Of a stretch of 64,000 nt of DNA, positions 1 through 7,829 are shown piece by piece; position 1 is the stretch's first letter; every line of letters starts with the position of its first letter. The DNA is from Deltaproteobacteria bacterium. Its GTDB lineage: Bacteria; Myxococcota; JACRCW01. The notes under the pieces were generated by a model. The model saw only the letters and a list, made by a program, of their open reading frames with translations, did not search any database and had not been told where the DNA came from. A program made the position numbers and the translations under genes. The stretch spans positions 1-64,000 of the forward strand of contig JACRCW010000169.1 in the NCBI GenBank assembly GCA_016218805.1, written 5' to 3'.

Positions 1-99
1 AGGACTGCCTTCGGATTCCACTCCGCCGAAGCCCTCATTGCGCTGGCCTATGCCAAGTTCGGCGGACTCTGCCCGCCGCTGCCAACCATGCTCTCGTGA
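1..99 (+). CDS. ISL3-family transposase, C-terminal 32 aa (5' partial)
   Basis: Open frame from base 1 to TGA at 97-99; RxAFGFHS..ALIAL...GGLCPPLP motif. Confidence 0.75.
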   Translation, partial: RTAFGFHSAEALIALAYAKFGGLCPPLPTMLS

Positions 100-141
100 T
101 CCCATGCGTCAATTTCAACCCATTCGGAGTGCAGGAGGGCC
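1..141 (+). mobile_element. Right end of an ISL3-family insertion sequence (partial, runs off the window)
   Basis: Frame 1 reads RTAFGFHSAEALIALAYAKFGGLCPPLP, typical of ISL3 transposase C-termini. The end at 141 reads GGCCCTCCTGCACTCCGAATGGG on the - strand (GG-initial terminus as in ISL3) and coincides with the break point of the adjacent Clp-like gene. Confidence 0.8.
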
Positions 142-1191
142 GGAAAGCGCGGGTTCCATGTATTGCGCCACGTGGGTCTTCCCCTGGCGGGTCTGACCGG
201 CGAACGCCATGGAGGCCAGGTCATCCAGGTAGAGCACGTCCCCGAGCTCGCTGAGCTCCCGCAACATCTCCTGGGCACGCGCCTCCCATTGCCCGACGTA
301 GCTCATCCCCGCAATGAAGCGATTTCCGTCAACGCGCCACACGTCACGCCGCTGATTGGCCTTGCTGTAGGCAACGTGGAGCCGGCGCGTGAACTCATGC
401 ACCAGCGCGGTCTTTCCTGCGCCGGATGGGCCCACCAGGCACACCGCCAGACCCTCGCGCGCCTCAAAGGTGGACACCAGTTGCCGCACCAGCGCCTCAC
501 GACCGAGACACCGCTCCAGCGTGTCATCCTGCGCGGCGTGACTGAGGTTTCTGCAGACGGTGCGCAGCGTGTCGGCCGTCAGCCGCCTACGACGACGACG
601 CTCCTCCTTCTGCAACGGCGTCTCCGGCTCGCGCGTGCCCGGCGCCGCACGCGGTTTGTGCTGCGTCCTCTTCGCCAACCGCGGCAGCACGCTTGACGGG
701 TAGACATCCACCTCAAGGATGTCCAAACGCTCCCTATGGCGCGAAACGCAGCTTTCAAGCGATTCAGCACGGGTTGCGAGGAGGTGCTTGCCCAGACGCC
801 GCGCCAGGGTGTCCGGCAGGGAGTCCAGGGACGCCAGCGCAAAGCGCGCCTCCGGCAACCTGATTGGGGTCACGACGAAGAAGTCATCCTTCGGCCACTT
901 CTCAATGAACACCGACACCATGCCCTTCAACTCGGCCTTGCGGCCCCGCTTCGGGTCCCGCGCCACGGAGTCCAGCCGCACCTGCCGCAGGCTCATGTGC
1001 GGCGGCAGGGCAAACGCCGCCTGCTCCAACGCACTGCTGTGCTCGTACGTATCCATCACCATCAACGCGAGATCGTCCCTGAGTTCCGCGGCCGACCCGC
1101 CCGACGTCCGGAACTCCGGCATGGCAGGCAACCACATTTCCACGTGGCGCGCGGAATGACGATCCACGATGAGCGGCAGCTTCAGTTCCAC
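142..1191 (-). pseudogene. ClpA/B-like AAA+ ATPase truncated within its first AAA domain by ISL3
   Basis: Walker A GPSGAGKT, pore-loop-like IAGMSYVGQWE and Walker B LYLDDL are present. After QYMEPALS the frame reads into IS sequence and stops at 115. Confidence 0.8.
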
Positions 1192-4100
1192 AGCGCCACC
1201 TCGTCCACGTCGAGCTGTTGTTCCAACCAGGCCTGCCAGATGTCGGCCAGGGGCGGCGGGTGGCCATCCACCAGCGGGTAGCCAGTCCTGGTGCGCAGGT
1301 CCTGGATCACGTGCTTGTCCCAGTCCACGCGCCGCACCTCAGCGCCGGGCTTGGCCTTCTCAATCTCCTCCAGGTCCGGCAGCGCGGCTCCCGCCCGCAC
1401 TGCATCAACCAGAATGCGCAGCAGAAACGTGTTCCCGTTGGTGATGACGCGGTGGACGCCGTGCTCCGCACGGAGCAACCACCGCGCTGAAGTACCACCA
1501 AACGTGAGCGCCACAGCGAGCGCCTCATCGCCGGGAGGCGGCTGCCGGTCGTCGGGGCGCTTCCACTGGGGCGCCTGGGTGATCCGCGGTGGCTTGCCGG
1601 GCCGGCCGGCCGGCGTCTTCACCTCCCGCACCACGAGCACCTGGCAGTCCGTGCAGCTTATGGCATTCCGGTAGGCATGAACCCACTGGCGGGCCTGGGC
1701 GGCTCCGCCGCGGCTCCACGTCATGACCACCCGCACCGGGCTCCGGGGAGGATGCATGGCGGCAAAGAGTTCTTCCGCCATGGGCCGGAGGCCCGCTTCC
1801 ACCGCCACCAGGTCCCCCCGCAACGAAGTGAGCGAATCCGCCGAACGATCGTAAAAGGCCTCAAACGCCACATCTTCAATGGCCGTGGCCTGGCGGGAAC
1901 CGTGCTCCAGTTTCTCCACGATTTCCCGGGCAACCGTGGCATCCTGGGATTGCTTTTCCGCGGCGCTGTGATCCGCCCAGAAGGCGGGATGTTTGCTCGC
2001 CTTGTCAAAGAGGGCGGTGCGCTCCCGCAACTGCGTGACCACGGCACTGCGCTGGAGCTTCATTAGGCGCGCGCGCAGCTCGGCGGCGTCCGCCAGCAGT
2101 TGTTCAACCTGCGCGGTCATGTCCGGCGCGCCACGGCTGTCACCAAGGTGCGTGAAGACCACCCTTTCACCGTCGGCTTCGGCCGCCAGCACTGCGCCCC
2201 GGGTGTTGGGATGGGACGCCAATGACGACGCCAGGGGAACCACCAGGTCGCGCTCCAGCGCACGTTTGAGTGGGCGGGCGCCGTAGCGCGGATCCACACC
2301 GTTCTTCAGCAGGAGCGAACGCGCAACCGCGCCCACCTCCATGCGTACTCCCAGGCGGCGCAGTCCTTCCCGACGGGGAACGGCCTGCAACTCACGGTCA
2401 AGCACGTGGTGGAGGACTGGTGGCGGCAGTGACGAGAAGACAATGACGTCATCCAGCCGGTTGAAGAGCTCCGGGCGGAAGAACCGCTCCACCTCGCCCC
2501 GGTAGTGCCTGCGCCGGTCAGCGTCCTCCGCGCCACCCTCCGCGGACCGGCCAAATCCCACTGTGGTGCGCAACGTGTCCGCGCCAAGGTTGGACGTCAG
2601 GATGATGACGGCGTTCCGGAAGTCCGTGAAGCGTCCCGTGGCGTCGGTCAGGCGCCCCTCCCCCAGCACGCCCAACAACGCGTCAAACACCGCCGGGTGC
2701 GCCTTCTCAATCTCATCCAGCAGCACCACGCAGAACGGCTCCCGCCGCACGGACGACGCCAGCAGCCCGGGACTCTCCGGGGTACCCAGGAGCCGCTCCA
2801 GCGCATCCGGCCCGGCGTATTCACCCATATCCAGGCGCACGAGGCGCTCGCGCGAGGAAAAGACGCATTCGCACAGCGCCTTGGCAAGTTCAGTCTTTCC
2901 CACGCCGGTGGGCCCGCAGAAGAACAACACCGCCATGGGCCGGTGTTCATCCGTCAGCCCGGCCTTGATCCGCGCCACGGCTTCCACCGCGCGGGCCACC
3001 GCTTCGTCCTGCCCCATCACCGCGCGTGCCATGCTGGCCTGCAGTTCCGCGCGCGGCATGGGCAGGTCGTCCCGGAGCAGCCGCTCGGGTAGGCCGCTTT
3101 CTGACGAGAAATGCCCCACCGCCACGTTCTCCGTGATGCGCGTGGTGCCGGCATGTGCCGCCGCGTCGGCGACGCGCCGGAGGAACGCGGCCCCCGTCCC
3201 AACCGCCGAACCATAGGGCCAGAACCGCCGGGCCAGCCGGAGGGTCAGCCGCACCACCTCGTCGTCAATCACAACCTTTCTGCGCGTGCCCTGGCGGCCG
3301 GCAACAGCCAGCAGGACGCGCTCCGCCTGGGCAGGGGGCGGTTCCTCCACGCGCAGCACGGTCCACTGCCGTGCAAAGGACTGGTTGATGTTCTCCACGC
3401 GTGACCACGCCTCCGGAGTTGCCTCCGCCACCACGCTGATACGACGGGTTGCCAGGAGCGGGGTGATCAATTGGGAGACATTCTCCTCGCTGTGTGCGCT
3501 CTTGCCCGCGTGCAACAGGTCCTCTGCCGTTCCCAGGTCCAGCAGCACCCGGGACCGCTCCGCCTCCGCAAACGCTCGGAGCGTGTCTCCCTGCCACCCA
3601 CCCAACATGCCGCCGCCGGCAATCAACCGCGGGCCGTCCAGGCGGAAGAACGGCCGCACGCGGCGGCCGGACGCCTGACGCTCCGCGGTCAACGCGCACG
3701 CAAGTTCATCCACCAGTGCCGTCTTGCCCACTCCGGCGCGCCCCACGATCACAACGGGCTCCGGACGTTCCGCCACCATCATGTTCCTGAGGCTGTGCAC
3801 CAGCGCATCCACGTGAAACGCGCGCTCCAGTGTTCCTTCAAGGGCCAACCGGTGCAGGGCCACGCCCTTCGCCTCCAGGAGCGGCGTGGCAAACCGGCGG
3901 CGCACCCTGGCCGTCCACTTCTCTTCGGGGAGATCTTCCGGCGGGCCGTCCTCATCGGAGGGTGCCGCCGTGTGACTCTCCTCGTCCGTATCCGCATCCG
4001 GAAGTTCCGGATCGTCGTCGTCCTGTGGATCGGGCAGGCGTTCACGATGAAGGTCCTTGGCCCCGATGTCAGACAGGCGAACCGGTTCGGCGGACACTTC

Positions 4101-4568
4101 CACGTGCTGGAACAACTCGGAACCGTCACTCCGCAGGCCCAGCAGCGAGTGGTCCCCCTGGGCCTCCAGATGCGCCTCCAGGAGGCGCTCCGCCGTGGTG
4201 GCCGCGTGTTCGTCGTCCTTCACCCAGGCGCGCCAATCCAGCCGCGGGACCCATACCTCCGCAAAGCCGGCGTGCACCGCCGTCAGCACGGCGGCAAACG
4301 CCAGCGGTTGCAGGTTGCGCCCTTGCGGTGTCCACACGGGAAGCGACTTGGGCGCCAGGCCCAGCGGGCGGAAGGCGGGACCATGCGGGAATGACGCCAT
4401 GAGGCGCGGATGCGTGCGGGAGATCATGTCATCCAGCGCCAGGGTGAGTTCCTCCAGCGCGGGTTCCAGCGCCACCGCGTGCAGCGAAAGCGAACGGAGT
4501 CCCTTGGGTACAACCGAAACCCGTCCGCTGGCATGGCGCGCCACAAGCGTGATGATGCGGAACCGCAT
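1182..4568 (-). CDS. Atypical ClpA/B-type double AAA+ ATPase with C-terminal release-factor-like region
   Basis: D1 Walker A GRAGVGKT with degenerate Walker B; D2 GPTGVGKT, LLDEIEKA, IILTSNLG, RPELFNRLD, YGARPLKR; VGF loop. Overlaps the start of the downstream Clp-like gene. Confidence 0.9.
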   Translation of the reverse strand: MRFRIITLVARHASGRVSVVPKGLRSLSLHAVALEPALEELTLALDDMISRTHPRLMASFPHGPAFRPLGLAPKSLPVWTPQGRNLQPLAFAAVLTAVHAGFAEVWVPRLDWRAWVKDDEHAATTAERLLEAHLEAQGDHSLLGLRSDGSELFQHVEVSAEPVRLSDIGAKDLHRERLPDPQDDDDPELPDADTDEESHTAAPSDEDGPPEDLPEEKWTARVRRRFATPLLEAKGVALHRLALEGTLERAFHVDALVHSLRNMMVAERPEPVVIVGRAGVGKTALVDELACALTAERQASGRRVRPFFRLDGPRLIAGGGMLGGWQGDTLRAFAEAERSRVLLDLGTAEDLLHAGKSAHSEENVSQLITPLLATRRISVVAEATPEAWSRVENINQSFARQWTVLRVEEPPPAQAERVLLAVAGRQGTRRKVVIDDEVVRLTLRLARRFWPYGSAVGTGAAFLRRVADAAAHAGTTRITENVAVGHFSSESGLPERLLRDDLPMPRAELQASMARAVMGQDEAVARAVEAVARIKAGLTDEHRPMAVLFFCGPTGVGKTELAKALCECVFSSRERLVRLDMGEYAGPDALERLLGTPESPGLLASSVRREPFCVVLLDEIEKAHPAVFDALLGVLGEGRLTDATGRFTDFRNAVIILTSNLGADTLRTTVGFGRSAEGGAEDADRRRHYRGEVERFFRPELFNRLDDVIVFSSLPPPVLHHVLDRELQAVPRREGLRRLGVRMEVGAVARSLLLKNGVDPRYGARPLKRALERDLVVPLASSLASHPNTRGAVLAAEADGERVVFTHLGDSRGAPDMTAQVEQLLADAAELRARLMKLQRSAVVTQLRERTALFDKASKHPAFWADHSAAEKQSQDATVAREIVEKLEHGSRQATAIEDVAFEAFYDRSADSLTSLRGDLVAVEAGLRPMAEELFAAMHPPRSPVRVVMTWSRGGAAQARQWVHAYRNAISCTDCQVLVVREVKTPAGRPGKPPRITQAPQWKRPDDRQPPPGDEALAVALTFGGTSARWLLRAEHGVHRVITNGNTFLLRILVDAVRAGAALPDLEEIEKAKPGAEVRRVDWDKHVIQDLRTRTGYPLVDGHPPPLADIWQAWLEQQLDVDEVALWN

Positions 4569-4653
4569 AGGCCGGATTCACCCACACGGACACGGCCGCC
4601 GGCAAGTGCCGTGCGAGACACCGCAAGGTTGCCGTCGTGGAGAGGGTGTCACA

Positions 4654-5121
4654 TCACGCCGTGACGCGCGCGCTCAACAGCATTTCAAACCGGGCCACGG
4701 GCGTACCCTGCACGGATGCCAGCACATTGACGGGTGTTTCGTGCCGCTCACCGCTCCGCACGGCTGCTTCCACGGCGGCGCGGATCTTCCGGCCGTCCTC
4801 GCAGGTGAAATCCACGTGGCCATCCGCGCGCCGGAGAAACTCCGCTTTCATGTCCTTGAAGAGCACCTTCACCCGGCCGCGGTGCTGCCAGGCCAGGTCC
4901 ATGGCCAGCATGCCGCCGGCGCAGTCCGCCCCGGTGCACAGCGCGCCCACGTACATGCTCCCCACGTGGTTGCGCGTCCGGCGGCACAGGCGGATCCGGA
5001 GGACCACGCGCTCGTCGTCGTACTGGGTCACCCGTGGCGCCAGAAAGGCAATCAGCGGAATGCGCAGCGTGGTGATGGTCTTGAGCAGCAGGTTGGCGCG
5101 GACGGTGGAAGGCAGGCGCAC
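4654..5121 (-). CDS. DUF4442/PaaI-like hotdog-fold thioesterase family protein
   Basis: RTRNHVGSMYVGAL and AEFLRRADG motifs; GTG start at 5121 with GGAG upstream. Confidence 0.75.
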   Translation of the reverse strand: MRLPSTVRANLLLKTITTLRIPLIAFLAPRVTQYDDERVVLRIRLCRRTRNHVGSMYVGALCTGADCAGGMLAMDLAWQHRGRVKVLFKDMKAEFLRRADGHVDFTCEDGRKIRAAVEAAVRSGERHETPVNVLASVQGTPVARFEMLLSARVTA

Positions 5122-5285
5122 GGGATCTCCGGAGCGGGAGTCCCCGTGTAGCAGAGCCCGGTCATGCGTAGAAAGTACAAACCGCACCCCGCCAGGCGTC
5201 AGAGCCCTTGCATTTCCGGGCAGTTGCACCGGACCGGCCTGCGCGTCAGGTCCCTCTGCGCGCCTTCACAGCGCGGGGAGGCACC

Positions 5286-5777
5286 ATGATCGCAGCATCC
5301 ATTCCCACGGCAGACTTCAGCGTCGCGCAACTTGCCACGCCGCAGGTGCCGCAGGCCGCGGCGTTGCTGCTGGCCATCAATGATGACACGGCCTACTCGG
5401 ACGAATGCGCGTGGCTGCTGCATTGCCTCACGCGGTGGCCGCCGCTGCAGGTGGGCGCAGTGGACCACGGGCAGCTGGTGGGCGTGGCCAGCGGCGCGGT
5501 GGACGAGCGCGACCCTGGACTGGGCTGGTCCCATGATCTGGTGGTGTCCGCTTCGTACCAGCACCACGGCGTGGGCGCGGCGTTGCTGCGGGCGCAGCTC
5601 CAGGGCTTCCGGCTGCTGGGGTGCTCGCGCATCCGGGGGCAGTCACCCACGCGGCTGGCCAGCGCCATTGCGTTCTTTGAGCATTTCGGGTTCCGCGTCG
5701 TGGATGAAACCACCGCGGCCGGATTCCCCGGTATTGCGGACGGAACCCGGGTATTCATCACCGAGTGCGCGTTGTGA
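5286..5777 (+). CDS. GNAT-family N-acetyltransferase
   Basis: Acetyl-CoA motif LVVSASYQHHGVGAALL and AIAFFEHFGF; GGGGAGG RBS before ATG 5286. Confidence 0.8.
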   Translation: MIAASIPTADFSVAQLATPQVPQAAALLLAINDDTAYSDECAWLLHCLTRWPPLQVGAVDHGQLVGVASGAVDERDPGLGWSHDLVVSASYQHHGVGAALLRAQLQGFRLLGCSRIRGQSPTRLASAIAFFEHFGFRVVDETTAAGFPGIADGTRVFITECAL

Positions 5778-5807
5778 CCCAGCGCCGGGGTCAGGGCCGC
5801 GCGGGTG

Positions 5808-6674
5808 TCACGGGGCCGGGTTGAGCGCCCGGTGCAGCGTTCCCACTTCCTGCTCGCTGATGCCCACCCCGTTGCGGGGACGCATGCCGGCGGGACACAT
5901 GGCGCCCAGCCCCTTCAACGCGCTGGCATCCAACCGCGCGGGCAGGTCCAGCGCGCGCGTCAGTCCCGCCTGCGCGCGGCCCGCCGCCGTGGTGTCCAGC
6001 TGAAAGGCCAGCTTGGCGGCGTTCCACGCCACTCCGGTCAGTCCCACGTCGTGGCTCCGGAAACTGTCCGGAATGCGGTTGTCCTTGAAGAGGGTGACCA
6101 CGTCCTTGAGGTCCAGCGATTTCTCGCCTTTTGCATTGGGGGTGCCAAACACCATGGTCAGCGCGGCAATCTCCACCACGCCCAGCGCCTTGTCCCGCAG
6201 GCCGCCCTGCTCCTGCGCCATGCGCAGTGACTCCGCCTTGGACAGGTCCGACAGCGTCAGCGACTTGCCGTCGCTGGAGAAGCTCATGAGTTGGTCCAGG
6301 TATTTCTGGTTGAAGCCACCGTCCTGCAGCGGCCCCAGGCTTCCCTTGTGGTCCAGCGTGCTCCCGTACAGCTTGAACAGGTTGAGCTTGTTGGCAAACG
6401 CGTTCCCTTCAATGGCCAGCGTCCCGCCGTGTGCCAGCAACAGCTGGGCGGGCGTGGACAACCCCATCTTGTTGAGCGCCTCCTTGAGCTGGGTGACCTG
6501 GACGTTCCCGTCCTTGTCCGGCGTCAGCATGCCTTCCATGACCAGCACGGAGAGCATGGGACAGGGGATGGCACTGGCGCGTGCGTCCCCCACCTTGTCC
6601 ACCAGGTGCTGGCGGAGCTGTGGCAGGTTCTGCATGGGGAAGCTGGGCCGTGGCGACGAGCTGATGCCGGACAT
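5808..6674 (-). CDS. Heme-thiolate peroxidase (Peroxidase_2/chloroperoxidase/UPO)-like protein
   Basis: PCP heme-ligand motif (AIPCPMLSVL), LDHKGSL (cf. EHDxSL), FNQKYLDQLMSFSSDGKSLTLSDL, ExAAL..VFG and F..NRIP (cf. ERLP). AGGAGG RBS. Confidence 0.7.
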   Translation of the reverse strand: MSGISSSPRPSFPMQNLPQLRQHLVDKVGDARASAIPCPMLSVLVMEGMLTPDKDGNVQVTQLKEALNKMGLSTPAQLLLAHGGTLAIEGNAFANKLNLFKLYGSTLDHKGSLGPLQDGGFNQKYLDQLMSFSSDGKSLTLSDLSKAESLRMAQEQGGLRDKALGVVEIAALTMVFGTPNAKGEKSLDLKDVVTLFKDNRIPDSFRSHDVGLTGVAWNAAKLAFQLDTTAAGRAQAGLTRALDLPARLDASALKGLGAMCPAGMRPRNGVGISEQEVGTLHRALNPAP

Positions 6675-6692
6675 GCGTGCCTCCTGGGGCGT

Positions 6693-7193
6693 TCAGGTGT
6701 TGAGGAAACCGGGACGGCTGGCGGGCGCGGGGGGCTTCATGGACGCCAACGACCGCAGGTAGAGTTCCCTGAGCGTGTCATTGAGCGTGGTGGAGTCCAC
6801 GGTGAGCGTCAACGACGTCAGCACGCCCGCATCCAGGCGCAGCGCCTGGAACTGGCGGACGGTGGCAAGCGTTCCGGCGGGGAAATCAAACACCACCAGC
6901 ATCCCCCGGCCACCGTCATCAAACGCGAACGCCTGGGTCCCCAGCCCCTTGATGCCGTCCACGGCGCTCACCAGCTCCGCGCAGACCTCCCCGCACAGCA
7001 TTTCCACCGTGGCAGCGGAGCCCACCACCCGACGGTGGATGATGAGGTTGGGCCGCACCGGCGTCTGCTTCTGCAGCATGCGCGGGTCCTTCAGGCCAGC
7101 GACGGGCGCACCCTTGAGGGTGAGCATCACTTCGTCCACGCCAAACTCCGGCGGCGGATTGAACTGAATCCCCTGCGCCTCAAACACGCTCAT
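6693..7193 (-). CDS. DcrB/DUF1795-like (PsbP/Mog1p-fold) protein
   Basis: PNLIIHR, RQFQALRL and LTSLTLT pattern and 166-aa length fit DcrB-related proteins; AGGGAGG RBS. Confidence 0.55.
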   Translation of the reverse strand: MSVFEAQGIQFNPPPEFGVDEVMLTLKGAPVAGLKDPRMLQKQTPVRPNLIIHRRVVGSAATVEMLCGEVCAELVSAVDGIKGLGTQAFAFDDGGRGMLVVFDFPAGTLATVRQFQALRLDAGVLTSLTLTVDSTTLNDTLRELYLRSLASMKPPAPASRPGFLNT

Positions 7194-7307
7194 GCGCGCG
7201 CCCTCCCTGCTGAAATGGAACCGACACCGCTAGCAGCGGCGGAGACGTGACGCAACGGCATGCTCAAGAACTCCGCTGCGGGGCGTTGGGGTCATGCTTG
7301 CTGTGGG

Positions 7308-7748
7308 TCAGGGTGCCGTGGCGGGGGCGTGCACGCCGGTCTGCGGTTGCGTGTTCTCCTGCGCGCACCGGCGCACCCACGCAAACTGCAGCAGGTCCAG
7401 CGCCGCCAGGACGGCAATGAGCACCCACCCGGCGGGCGAGGCGAAGCGCGGCGTGAGCGGCCGGGCGAACGCCGCCGCGCTGCTGGTGGCGATGTCCCCG
7501 TCGTCGGTTGTGGCGGAGGCGTCCTCGGTCCGCGCGGAACGCGCTTCATCCACCAGTTGCCGGGCGCGCTCCAGGTGCGCCGCGGGCACGCGGACGCTGC
7601 ACCCTCCCCCGCCCAGCCCCGGCGCCCAGGCGCCCAGGCCCGCGTCGCCCAGGACGGCGGGGATGTCCGCTGCCCCCACCACGGACACTACAAACCCGGC
7701 CTCCGCGACATCGCGGCATACGCACAGAACGACCCACCCGCTGGTCAT
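7308..7748 (-). CDS. DUF2007-like membrane-anchored protein
   Basis: EAGFVVSVVGAADIPA...SVRVPAAHLERARQLV pattern plus a C-terminal hydrophobic helix; GGAGG RBS. Confidence 0.6.
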   Translation of the reverse strand: MTSGWVVLCVCRDVAEAGFVVSVVGAADIPAVLGDAGLGAWAPGLGGGGCSVRVPAAHLERARQLVDEARSARTEDASATTDDGDIATSSAAAFARPLTPRFASPAGWVLIAVLAALDLLQFAWVRRCAQENTQPQTGVHAPATAP

Positions 7749-7829
7749 GGCCCGGTCCTCCCGTGGTTACCCGCGGGGAACGGTAACACCCGCGCGCGCT
7801 GCCCACATGGCCGCGCCTGTGTGGGCGGT

